Assembly (NCBI GenBank): GCA_001818315.1
Contig: MHKF01000011.1
Span: 44,825 to 108,824, forward strand
Direction of reading: 5' to 3'
From: Candidatus Kerfeldbacteria bacterium RIFCSPLOWO2_02_FULL_42_19
GTDB lineage: Bacteria > Patescibacteriota > Patescibacteriia > HO2-48-17
DNA: 64,000 bases
Below the pieces are notes generated by a model. The model made no database searches, was not told where the DNA came from, and saw only the letters and a list, made by a program, of their open reading frames with translations. The position numbers and the translations under genes were made by a program. Shown here one piece after another: positions 39,641 through 51,385 of this stretch; within the stretch, counting starts at the first letter, position 1, and each line of letters opens with the position of its first letter.

Positions 39641-40680
39641 TATTTAGTACCTATGCCTACCAAAGCAATTCTGGGCATTTCTGCTACGAATTCGCCGTTC
39701 TCCTGAAAAAGAGAAAGGGATCTTTTCCAATATGGCTTTGCCTCTTTTATGTCCTCCAAATTATATAACATATATTTTTTGATAAGATTGCATACCTTTG
39801 CTCGAGTATTCCTAATATTCCCTCCTTTTTTTAATTTTTCAAGTCCGTACATATCTAAAACGTAATCCATAAGCTTAGAGTATGCTTTATGTTTCCTTGC
39901 ATCACGTATAATAAAAGGGTCATACATATGAGTAATCTTGATATTTTTAAAACCCCCTTTTTTAAGATAATATCGCAATTTATCTATAGTAAAATGATGA
40001 TATGCATGGCCTGTTATTGAATACTTATCAACCACATCATTAAACCATCGGGACATGCAAGAATTCTCTTCAAAATCATGAATAACTATTCTTCCGCCAG
40101 GTTTAAGGATTCTAAAAGCTTCTTTACATGCATTTACTCTTTCTTCTTCCGGTATGTGATGTGTACCATAAGCTATTATAACTGCATCGTATGAATTATT
40201 TTTAAGAAATAAATAATGTGCTGGTTGTCTTATTAACGGGAGTCCGTAGTTGAACGCTTGAGATATCATATCTCCAGCGATATCGCTCGTCAGTATTGGT
40301 AGCCTAAGATTTTTTTGACTCTGGAAAGAACTGAATGCCCGTGCTAAAATTCCATCTCCACCCAGAACGTCGAGAATTTTGTAGGAAGCAGGTGGGTTTT
40401 GAAAGTCATGATTATTGAAAGCGCATTGTAGTAATTGTTTCATTCCAACTACTCTTACAGATGAATTAACTTGTGCTTTTCTGTAGGAATCTCCTCTTCC
40501 TCCCTTTTGACTTCCTTCAAAATCAGTCGTGGTTCGATTCATCTTGTCAATGATTTTAAAAACACCCGGTCGATCAAACCAAAATGTCTTGAAAAATTCC
40601 GGAAAATTACTTGACATGTATGCCAGGTAAGATTCTATACTGAATTGAGGTATATAATTACTGGATAGATGAGTCTTCAT
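39640..40680 (-). CDS. Class I SAM-dependent methyltransferase
   Basis: Motif I ILDVLGGDGILA, post-I acidic residue, motif PGGRIVIHDF; 346 aa; 3-nt gap after the amidotransferase stop. Confidence 0.8.
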   Translation of the reverse strand: MKTHLSSNYIPQFSIESYLAYMSSNFPEFFKTFWFDRPGVFKIIDKMNRTTTDFEGSQKGGRGDSYRKAQVNSSVRVVGMKQLLQCAFNNHDFQNPPASYKILDVLGGDGILARAFSSFQSQKNLRLPILTSDIAGDMISQAFNYGLPLIRQPAHYLFLKNNSYDAVIIAYGTHHIPEEERVNACKEAFRILKPGGRIVIHDFEENSCMSRWFNDVVDKYSITGHAYHHFTIDKLRYYLKKGGFKNIKITHMYDPFIIRDARKHKAYSKLMDYVLDMYGLEKLKKGGNIRNTRAKVCNLIKKYMLYNLEDIKEAKPYWKRSLSLFQENGEFVAEMPRIALVGIGTK

Positions 40681-40683
40681 ATT

Positions 40684-42606
40684 TTAATTTACAAATTCTT
40701 CAACGGGTCGGTTTTGAATAAAAATTTCAAGCCATAATGTAAGAACTAAAACTGCAAATAACAAATCGCTATATTTAATTCGTGTTTTTCTGTCTAAGTT
40801 GGAAATTTTATAGGCTTTATATATTTGGGAAACATACTTACTATTGACAAAATTGTATTTGTCTAACACTTTTGAAGTAAGTAAAAATTCTAGGTTAGGC
40901 GGCAATTTGTTCATCCAAGTTGAAATGGGTCCTGAAAAAGGATGTTTTTTTCTCCATAGAATTTCTTTCGGAAGAAGCTTTGTCTCCTTCATAGCTTTTC
41001 GTAAAATATATTTTTCAATACCTCTTGAAAACTTAAGTGTAGGAGAAACTTTAAAAGCAAATTCTACAATTTGACTATCGAGATATGGAGCCCTGCACTC
41101 AACAGGACAGGCCATGCTTGTTCTGTCCTGAATAACAAGCATAAATCCTTCTAAGCGCAATCTCAGTTCTAAATATAACATAGCATTCTCATGCGGGACT
41201 CCTGCAGTTAATTGTTCTAGTCCGCGAATTCTTATGAGAGGATCGAGTTTGGCAAGCTGTGTTCCTTGCAAGAGCTTTTCTCTAACATGCAAATCAAAAC
41301 AATTATCGTCATCCCAAGCAACGTATCGCTCAAGTACAGAAAGCGATGGATTGCCTAGTTTGGATTTAAGTTTTTCAGCAAGCGAAGGCATTTCTTTTAA
41401 ATAGGCATTACGAACACGAGCATCCAAAGTGTCCCATTTTTTGATAATCCCATCCATAATCAACCTGCCTGAATAACCTGCAAATAATTCGTCGCTTCCA
41501 TCGCCAGTAAGAATCACTCTCACATTTTTATTCCTTGCTTCTTTATAGCACTGATAGGAAGGAATAATCATGCCTGCGGAAATAGGATCTCCCATCAAAC
41601 TTACAATGTTCGGAAGCAGACGAATGTCTTCTGTATTGCAATCGATCCAATGATGTTTGGTTTTAACTTTTCTGACAACTTTTTTAATAGCATTTAAGTC
41701 TTCTGGATCATCTTTGACATGCACACTCAATGAATGGAAGCTGCGTTTTTTAAGAAAACTTTTAGAAAGGCTCGTAATTGCAGAAGAATCAATACCGCCA
41801 CTGAGAGAAGAACCTATTCTTACATTGCTATAAGTTTCAGTGCGCAGTTTCACCGAGTTTAAAAGGAGTTCTTGTAATTCTTCTGTAGCTTTCTCTTCTG
41901 AAATCATTTGCGGTTGAGTCATTTCAGGCTTCCAGTAAACTTTATTTGATATTTTCCAAGTTTCATAATTCAATATAAGAGTTGAAGCTGGCTCAAGTCG
42001 CTTAATTGATTTGATGAGAGTATTGGTATGAGGAACATAACGAAATGTGAAAAATTCGGCAATAGATTGTAGATCCAGATCTTTACTCACCATATTGCTT
42101 GCTAAAATCGGCTGTATGCTAGAAGCAAATAGAAACGACCTGGAATTTATTGAATAATAAAGAGGTTTCTCACCCATACGGTCTCTGGCGAGAACCAGTT
42201 TGTGATTTCTGAAGTCAGCGATAGCAATAGCAAACATTCCCTCAAGTTTTTTTGTAAAATCCAGACCATCTTCTTCGTAGAGATGGGGTAAGACTTCACC
42301 ATCACACCCACTTTTTAATTTGTGGCCTCTACTATTTAACCATTCTTTTAATTCTCTATAATTGTAAATTTCCCCGTTGAAAAAACATCCTATCTTTTTA
42401 TCTTCATTAAAAAATGGCTGATTACCTTTTTGAGAGTCGTTGATTACAAATCTTGTATAACCTAAATGTACGTATACAGAGGGATGAAACTCTTTCAGGT
42501 GATCGGGACCACGATGCTTTAACTTGTTCAGCATCTTTCTTAAAACATCATCTTTATCCTCTGATGGAATGTCTTTTTTGCTTAGATAACCTGCTATTCC
42601 GCACAT
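40684..42606 (-). CDS. Asparagine synthetase B-like glutamine-dependent amidotransferase
   Basis: Ntn Cys (MCGIAGY) and PP-loop SLSGGIDSSAITSL; 640 aa. Confidence 0.85.
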   Translation of the reverse strand: MCGIAGYLSKKDIPSEDKDDVLRKMLNKLKHRGPDHLKEFHPSVYVHLGYTRFVINDSQKGNQPFFNEDKKIGCFFNGEIYNYRELKEWLNSRGHKLKSGCDGEVLPHLYEEDGLDFTKKLEGMFAIAIADFRNHKLVLARDRMGEKPLYYSINSRSFLFASSIQPILASNMVSKDLDLQSIAEFFTFRYVPHTNTLIKSIKRLEPASTLILNYETWKISNKVYWKPEMTQPQMISEEKATEELQELLLNSVKLRTETYSNVRIGSSLSGGIDSSAITSLSKSFLKKRSFHSLSVHVKDDPEDLNAIKKVVRKVKTKHHWIDCNTEDIRLLPNIVSLMGDPISAGMIIPSYQCYKEARNKNVRVILTGDGSDELFAGYSGRLIMDGIIKKWDTLDARVRNAYLKEMPSLAEKLKSKLGNPSLSVLERYVAWDDDNCFDLHVREKLLQGTQLAKLDPLIRIRGLEQLTAGVPHENAMLYLELRLRLEGFMLVIQDRTSMACPVECRAPYLDSQIVEFAFKVSPTLKFSRGIEKYILRKAMKETKLLPKEILWRKKHPFSGPISTWMNKLPPNLEFLLTSKVLDKYNFVNSKYVSQIYKAYKISNLDRKTRIKYSDLLFAVLVLTLWLEIFIQNRPVEEFVN

Positions 42607-42914
42607 ATTTTATGTTTATACATTATTTTAAACAGAAATGGGAATGATTGTATAGGTTACCTTATTTAACATGACATATGCAACTCATATGAGAAAATAT
42701 GTGTATGCGTATACAATCAAAGGAAATCATCCGTTCTCTTAAAAAGAACGGGGGCTTGCCGCGCGGGCTGTCAAGGCAGAAGCATATGCGATGCATTTTG
42801 CATCATGCATAAGTTAAGATACATATTGCACTCGCTCAGGGGAAAAGGAGTATAATAACAATGTAGAATACTCTCATGAAATACATTCGATATAATTGCA
42901 GAAAACTTTCATGA

Positions 42915-43862
42915 ATGACGACCTCGATTTTTGATTCTGGTTTATTTTTTTATAAACATATGCATCCGAACGAAAAAACACCTCAATTGCTTGACGCGGA
43001 AGAAGACGAACAAGCAAAAACAAACCCATCAGAAATCACTTCGGATAAGACGACGTTGACTCTGGAAGATGCTCAAGCTACGCTGAACAACCCTGAATGG
43101 CAAAAAATCATGGACTGGCGCTCATGGGATAAACGAGTATTAACTAATGAAGAAGTTGAAACTGCTTTGAGTATTGTGGAAACGCTTCATCATCAACCAG
43201 AGAATTATTCTTCGACTGAATTAAAACTCCTCCAGCATGCGGTTACGAACGAAACAAAACGTGATACGGTCATGGAGATGCTTCAAAAATATGAAATGCC
43301 GCGTTTCGAAGAGGCAAAAAAACAATTTGCAGAAGAGGTTCGAGATCGAACGTCCCCTCCTCCGACCGAACACTATGCAGCATATGTCTACCGTAGCCGT
43401 GAATTTATGAGAAAAGTGTACGGGTTCAATAATACCGTCAAAGCCATGGTCAATGAGCATGTAGATATTAAAACAAATGAATTACAACAAAACAATAAAG
43501 AGACTATTCCTCAAAATGTATCACAGCAACAGGAAACATGGAAAAAGGAAGGCTATCAACTCTATGCGAGATTGTTAGATGAAGAAGCGCAGGAACTTAT
43601 CGCGGGTCTTCAGCAAATACAAGGCGAAGGAGCGGTACTCATAGACTTCGACGGCGACCATAGCGCACGTGAGGCTCCGACACATCTTGCTGAGCATATG
43701 AAAAAGGCTGGCCTTGATGCCACGTCTCTGCTTCATGAAGCAAAACGAGTCATTCAAGATGGTTATGAAACCGCTCAACGAAAGGGATATATACGCGACC
43801 AAACTGAGGTTCAAGATATTGAGAGGTCCCTTCAGAAGATCGAAAATCTTATAACTTCCTGA
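42915..43862 (+). CDS. Hypothetical acidic protein (315 aa)
   Basis: Long ORF; predicted helical/charged; no motif. Confidence 0.45.
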   Translation: MTTSIFDSGLFFYKHMHPNEKTPQLLDAEEDEQAKTNPSEITSDKTTLTLEDAQATLNNPEWQKIMDWRSWDKRVLTNEEVETALSIVETLHHQPENYSSTELKLLQHAVTNETKRDTVMEMLQKYEMPRFEEAKKQFAEEVRDRTSPPPTEHYAAYVYRSREFMRKVYGFNNTVKAMVNEHVDIKTNELQQNNKETIPQNVSQQQETWKKEGYQLYARLLDEEAQELIAGLQQIQGEGAVLIDFDGDHSAREAPTHLAEHMKKAGLDATSLLHEAKRVIQDGYETAQRKGYIRDQTEVQDIERSLQKIENLITS

Positions 43863-44012
43863 ATGGATGTTTCAATGATCCTATGAAAAATTTCTTTTTA
43901 TTCCTTCTCTTCGCATCTGTCTTTTTTGTCTACACACACATTGGTTGATTTTGATTCAGGTAATGTTTCCGGGACTTATGAGGTCGTTCGCCCCGTAGAG
44001 ACGGAGGGATGA

Positions 44013-44177
44013 CCGGACGATAGAGAAGTTGATACTAATAATTATCAAGTCACGGAAGACAGTTTCGATCCTAAAACACGGGCTCTTACCCCTCTCCTTG
44101 TTGGCATAATTATCGTTGGAATTGTTATTGGAAGTATTATTCTCTTGCTGTTCTGGAAGCGCAGAAAAAATCAATAG
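44013..44177 (+). pseudogene. Start-less C-terminal fragment encoding a TM anchor with KRRKNQ tail (possible gene remnant)
   Basis: In-frame ...LTPLLVGIIIVGIVIGSIILLLFWKRRKNQ* with no ATG/GTG/TTG after the upstream TGA at 44010. Resembles the C-terminal membrane anchor of surface proteins. Confidence 0.25.
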
Positions 44178-44248
44178 AGTTCCGTGCGGCAATCTGCACA
44201 GAATGCTCAAGTTAAAACTTTCACCGAAAAAAATCTCAATGTCTAACT

Positions 44249-44325
44249 TGGTCGGGGTGGCGGGACTTGAACCCGCGACCTCATGCACCCCATGCATACG
44301 CGCTAGCCAACTGCGCCACACCCCG
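44249..44325 (-). tRNA. tRNA-Pro (anticodon GGG), CCA encoded
   Basis: rc = CGGGGTG-TG-GCGCAGTTGGCTAGCGC-G-TATGC-ATGGGGT-GCATG-AGGTC-GCGGGTTCAAGTCCCGC-CACCCCG-ACCA. 7-bp acceptor, T33, G37, GTTCAAG T-loop. Confidence 0.85.
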
Positions 44326-44345
44326 GTGCAAACTATAAACTGATT

Positions 44346-44930
44346 TTATATCATCTCGTCAGTGCGTTGATAATCGTGGATGACCTCTCGTCCTCCAAAC
44401 CAATGTTCGATTTCATGCTGAGCTTCCTCAGGTGTTTCTGAAGCATGGAGAATATTATGTACTGCTCTTTTATCCCGATTGGCAGCAGCTGCGGAATCGA
44501 CTGAAAAATCACCGCGAATGGTTCCTAATTCAGCATCAGCAGGCATGGTTGTTCCTGCCATTTTTCGCATCATAGAAATGACATGAGTACCTTTGACGAC
44601 CATACGAATTAATGGAGCTGACGTCATATATTCTACAAGCCAGCCGCGGACCATTTTTCCGATTTTCAACAAATCGGTCGTACCGAGTTCTGTTGCTAAA
44701 TCAAAACCAAACTTTTTATACGTATTTGCTGTTTTCTCTCCGAGTCTTTTAATCCACGCATCGGCTTTGGGATAATGATTATCGATTTGATCATGCGACG
44801 GTTGAAACATTTCTATAGCAACAATCTTGAGACCAGTCTGTTCGATGCGACGAATAATTTCGCCTGATAATCCACGGCGGACACCGTCGGGTTTAATGAT
44901 TACAAACGTAATTTCTTCTTTTGGATGCAT
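44346..44930 (-). CDS. ndk: Nucleoside diphosphate kinase with roughly 45-aa insertion
   Basis: FVIIKPDGVRRGLSGEIIRRIE..., NIxHAS active-site region (NILHASE); 194 aa versus about 140-150 typical. Confidence 0.85.
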   Translation of the reverse strand: MHPKEEITFVIIKPDGVRRGLSGEIIRRIEQTGLKIVAIEMFQPSHDQIDNHYPKADAWIKRLGEKTANTYKKFGFDLATELGTTDLLKIGKMVRGWLVEYMTSAPLIRMVVKGTHVISMMRKMAGTTMPADAELGTIRGDFSVDSAAAANRDKRAVHNILHASETPEEAQHEIEHWFGGREVIHDYQRTDEMI

Positions 44931-45006
44931 AATACATTGATGATAATAAAAAAAATTACTTCGTACTTATTATTTTTTACTCGCTTTATCCAGAGGACTT
45001 GTGAAA

Positions 45007-45384
45007 TCATTCATCTTTCAAGAGGTCTTTTACTTTTTGAACAATTTCGGAAGGTGTGTGATTCGCTTTAATAAAATAATCGACGGCTCCCAAACTCCTG
45101 CCTTTATTTACGTCGTCCTCTTGCCCCAGGTTCGTGAGTAAAATGACGGGAATGTCTTTTGTCTTTGGGTTTTTTTTCAAACGCTTAAGTGTCACAAAGC
45201 CGTCCATCTTTGGCATAATAATATCCAGCAGAATAAAGTCGGGAATTTTTTCGTTTGCTATCTTCAGACCATCAAAGCCGTTCGTTGCAATAAATACAAC
45301 GTAACCCTCCATTTCAAATTTCTCCGCATAGAGCCCCGCGAGCATTTCATCGTCCTCCACGAGAAGAATTTTTTTCTGCTCCAT
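45007..45384 (-). CDS. Stand-alone response-regulator receiver domain
   Basis: Conserved start MEQKKILLVEDDE at ATG (rc) 45382-84; acidic pocket DD...D (LLDIIMPKMDG), T/K positions conserved; no output domain. Confidence 0.8.
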   Translation of the reverse strand: MEQKKILLVEDDEMLAGLYAEKFEMEGYVVFIATNGFDGLKIANEKIPDFILLDIIMPKMDGFVTLKRLKKNPKTKDIPVILLTNLGQEDDVNKGRSLGAVDYFIKANHTPSEIVQKVKDLLKDE

Positions 45385-45442
45385 AAGGTTTTTTTGAATC
45401 CTTATGAGTTTATTATAACCGAATGACCGCTTCCTGACAAGC

Positions 45443-46876
45443 TCATCCTTTCCGGTACTTCGCACGTACACACTCGTATGTACTGGCAATGCGTAAAATT
45501 TTTTCTTCGGCGTACGCTGGTCCCATAATCTGCATACCAACAGGCAACGTTCCTTTTAAATTTTTTACTGGGATGGAAAGCGCGCAGATACCAGCAAGAT
45601 TTGCTGGCGCTGTAAAAACATCCTGCAAATACATAGCAAGTGGATCTTGATCTTTCGTATGCAACGGAAACGCAACATTTGGACTTGTTGGAGTGATGAG
45701 TGCGTCTACCTTGCGAAAGGCTTTTTCAAAATCCATACGAATGAGTGTACGAACTTTTTGTGCCTGCTTGTAGTACGCATCGTGATATCCTTCCGAAAGT
45801 ACGAATGTCCCTAAGAGCACACGCCGCCTCGGTTCTACACCAAAACCTTGTGATCGACTCATATTGTAAACTTCCGAGATATCACGCGCTGCCTTCGCGC
45901 TGTATCCAAAACGAATGCCATCGTAACGTGCGAGATTGGAACTCGCTTCACTGGGAATAATTATATAGTACGTCGGAATAGCATACGCTGTATGCGGAAG
46001 ACGCACCGATTGTATGCGTGCTCCAAAATTTTTAAGCGCTTCTATCGCTGCTTCCACTGAAACTTTGACTGCTTCTTCGATTCCTTCGGTTTCAAAATAT
46101 TCTTGTGGAATTCCTACTGTGATACCTTTAAGATTCATTGTTTGTATACTGGAAGCTTTTGGTACGGGATGCGGAGATGTTGTGCTGTCATAAGGATCTC
46201 GCCCAGCCATCGCTTCGAATACAATTGCGGCATCATCCACCGTGTTTGTGATCGGCCCAATGACATCTACCGATGACGCAAGCGCGATCACGCCGTAACG
46301 AGAGACGCGTCCATACGAAACTTTGAGTCCAACAACACCGGAAAAGCCTGCTGGCTGACGGATGGACCCGCCGGTATCGGTTCCAAGCGCAAACACAGAT
46401 TCCCCTGCTGCGACCGCGGTTGCTGATCCACCGCTGGAGCCGCCGGGGACGCGCGTTGTATCATGAACATTTTTTGTCGGACCAAAGGCGGATTGTTCGG
46501 TCGAAGCGCCCATAGCGAATTCATCCATATTCGTTTTTCCGAGCAGTACAGCGCCTTGATCCAAGAGTCGTTGCACTGCTGTAGCGGTATAAGGTGGAAT
46601 ATAGTTTTCGAGTATTTGAGAACCGGCGGTTGTTGGCATTCCCTGAACACAAAAATTGTCTTTGACGGCAAAAGGGATACCTGTAATGAGCGTTGCTTCC
46701 CCACGTTTGATGATGGCGTCTGCTTTTTCTGCCTGTTCTAATGCACCCTCTACATTGACATACAGAAAAGCGTGTAAATCAGAGTCTTGCATATTGATCG
46801 CGTCGAGATATTTTTGAGTCAGTTCTCGCGCCGATATTTCGCCCTTGGTGAGTTTTTCATGCAGAACCCTCATCAT
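45443..46876 (-). CDS. gatA: Glu-tRNA(Gln) amidotransferase subunit A
   Basis: Amidase signature GGSSGGSATAVAAG; 477 aa. Confidence 0.93.
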   Translation of the reverse strand: MMRVLHEKLTKGEISARELTQKYLDAINMQDSDLHAFLYVNVEGALEQAEKADAIIKRGEATLITGIPFAVKDNFCVQGMPTTAGSQILENYIPPYTATAVQRLLDQGAVLLGKTNMDEFAMGASTEQSAFGPTKNVHDTTRVPGGSSGGSATAVAAGESVFALGTDTGGSIRQPAGFSGVVGLKVSYGRVSRYGVIALASSVDVIGPITNTVDDAAIVFEAMAGRDPYDSTTSPHPVPKASSIQTMNLKGITVGIPQEYFETEGIEEAVKVSVEAAIEALKNFGARIQSVRLPHTAYAIPTYYIIIPSEASSNLARYDGIRFGYSAKAARDISEVYNMSRSQGFGVEPRRRVLLGTFVLSEGYHDAYYKQAQKVRTLIRMDFEKAFRKVDALITPTSPNVAFPLHTKDQDPLAMYLQDVFTAPANLAGICALSIPVKNLKGTLPVGMQIMGPAYAEEKILRIASTYECVRAKYRKG

Positions 46877-47157
46877 AAGACTTTCTGAATTTTGATATAC
46901 CCGCCTTCTTGCGATGGCACGCTTTTGAGTATATGATCGCGTTCGTGTTTTTCGGTGACCAAGTCATCTCGTGTGATATTACTGAGATTTGTCACTTGAT
47001 GTGTCGGTTCGACCGTTTGCGTTTTGACACTCCGCAAAGTATCAACATGCGCGATAATACGACTTAAATCCTTTGTGATGAGCTCTTGCTCATAAGCATC
47101 CATCGTGATGCGTGAGAGTTGTGCGAGATGTTGTATGAGTTGTTTCTCTAGTTTCAT
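46873..47157 (-). CDS. gatC: Glu-tRNA(Gln) amidotransferase subunit C
   Basis: Conserved start MKLEKQLIQHLAQLSRI...VDTLRSVKTQTVEPTH at ATG (rc) 47155-57 (95 aa); the track ORF over-extends across the ligA stop. Confidence 0.8.
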   Translation of the reverse strand: MKLEKQLIQHLAQLSRITMDAYEQELITKDLSRIIAHVDTLRSVKTQTVEPTHQVTNLSNITRDDLVTEKHERDHILKSVPSQEGGYIKIQKVL

Positions 47158-47206
47158 ATTGTATTTATACGCAATTTCGTGACGCAGGCTCCATTCAGAG
47201 ACAAGT

Positions 47207-50062
<2,856 letters not shown>

Positions 50063-50100
50063 GATCTCTATTGAGACTATCGACGAATACGATTTCTTGT

Positions 50101-50192
50101 GCAATGCGCATAGAAAAAGAGGAGGAAAACTCTTGCTTTCGAAGCACTGACACTGCACAGTGTGCTGAGAAAGGAAAGTTTTCCTCCTCTTT
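50101..50192. repeat. Palindromic repeat element, copy 2
   Basis: CAATGCGCAtAGAAAAAGAGGAGGAaaactcttGCTTTCGAAGCACTgACACTGCACAGTGTGCTGAGAAAGGaaagttTTCCTCCTCTTTTT between convergent gene ends. Confidence 0.7.
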
Positions 50193-50482
50193 TTCTATGA
50201 TGAAAATTCATTTTGCAACAGAAATGGTATTCGGGGCGACAGCTCCATACTATCCCTTCCTTGCTGTCGCCATACAAATTCTACAAAAAAAATGGGGTTA
50301 TTTTCAAATTCTTACTCACTATGACTCTCTAGACCCGTGAGTGAATACGATCGTCAATAACCCCAATAATGTAAGTAAGATCTGATCCGTTTTAGCTCGT
50401 GTATTTCACTTACAACTGAGTATACCAGACACATTGAGTATTTTGCAATCAACCGAGAGAGAAAGCTTGTACCAAGCTCATG

Positions 50483-51385
50483 TTACTTCACAATCCCCTG
50501 TTCGGAAAACAAGACGAAATCAAGGAGACCGGAAACTGGCGCTTGCCATGGCAGCGTCGCAGAAAGAATTTGTCGTGTGCGCCTATGCGTGCCTTCTGAT
50601 TTCAATGTAATGCTTCCTGGGAGTACCACCGGATCTCCGCCAGCATCTGATGCCGCATACGCACGTACGGTCATATTTGAAATATTACAAGTTAAATCTA
50701 CGCTCGAATTTTTGACGCGCACTTGATAACTTTTTGTTGTGTTGAGAATATTACTCGTTGCTGCACAGTTTCCCCCAGCGCATGCGTAAAAATATTTTTG
50801 CGTTGGCGCAGTGCTTTCTGTGATATCACTCCAGATATCCGCCCATTCGGTCGCTGTCACTTCAACCCAAGAATTGCCGGCACAGTCATCTTCCCACGTC
50901 AATTTCAGTGATCGCAAATTCGCTGGTGTTGTCGGCGCATCCGGGTTATATAAATCAATTTGCTGTGACTTCTGTTGTCCAAGATGAAATTGCACTTCTG
51001 TAGCTGTTGTGTTGTTCGCACTTGAGATCCTATAACGAGCATCATTCTGAGTAAGCGTTTCGGAGATGCTGCCACCGAGTGGATTCGTAATACTCGTCAG
51101 TGTCGCTACGACTGTCTGCTTTTGAATGCGTCCTTCGGTCGTCAAATCAAGACTCCGTTCAAGTCCACTTTCTGCCGCGTAAAAAGCTGCGAGAGAACTT
51201 TGCGAATCCCGTGAAGATCGAATTTCTCCGAGTGTCAAAAATGCAATACTCACGGCAATTGCTGCCATAGCTGCCATAATCAAAAGAGACAACAGTGCGA
51301 TGGAACCGCGTTCTTGAAAAAATTTCTTTTGCCAAAATTGCAGCAAAAGATCCTTTTGAAGATGGTCTCTAGATTTATCGTTCAT
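50483..51385 (-). CDS. PilX-like type IV pilus minor component
   Basis: ERGSIALLSLLIMAAMAAIAVSIAFLTLGEIRSSRDSQSSLAAFYAAESGLE matches the PilX N-terminal domain pattern. Start at ATG (rc) 51383-85 preferred; alternatives at 51451 or 51457. Confidence 0.6.
   Translation of the reverse strand: MNDKSRDHLQKDLLLQFWQKKFFQERGSIALLSLLIMAAMAAIAVSIAFLTLGEIRSSRDSQSSLAAFYAAESGLERSLDLTTEGRIQKQTVVATLTSITNPLGGSISETLTQNDARYRISSANNTTATEVQFHLGQQKSQQIDLYNPDAPTTPANLRSLKLTWEDDCAGNSWVEVTATEWADIWSDITESTAPTQKYFYACAGGNCAATSNILNTTKSYQVRVKNSSVDLTCNISNMTVRAYAASDAGGDPVVLPGSITLKSEGTHRRTRQILSATLPWQAPVSGLLDFVLFSEQGIVK

Noticed and set aside
42720-42760. Glutamine riboswitch-like CGUUC...ACGG hairpin
   Set aside because: Only a 7-bp hairpin with loose resemblance. 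It lacks the conserved E-loop/pseudoknot context and is in an orientation and distance not obviously tied to either flanking gene.
43956-44321. 121-aa minus-strand ORF
   Set aside because: It overlaps and is antisense-coextensive with the tRNA-Pro gene and low-complexity sequence. It uses a GTG start and has no protein-like features.
50071-50340. 89-aa ORF and conserved MR.KEE..S.FRSTNTAQCAEKG..SSSF peptide encoded by both repeat copies
   Set aside because: Peptide similarity is fully explained by about 90% nucleotide identity of a palindromic element. The observed substitution is base-pair compensatory, favouring a structural element over a coding gene.
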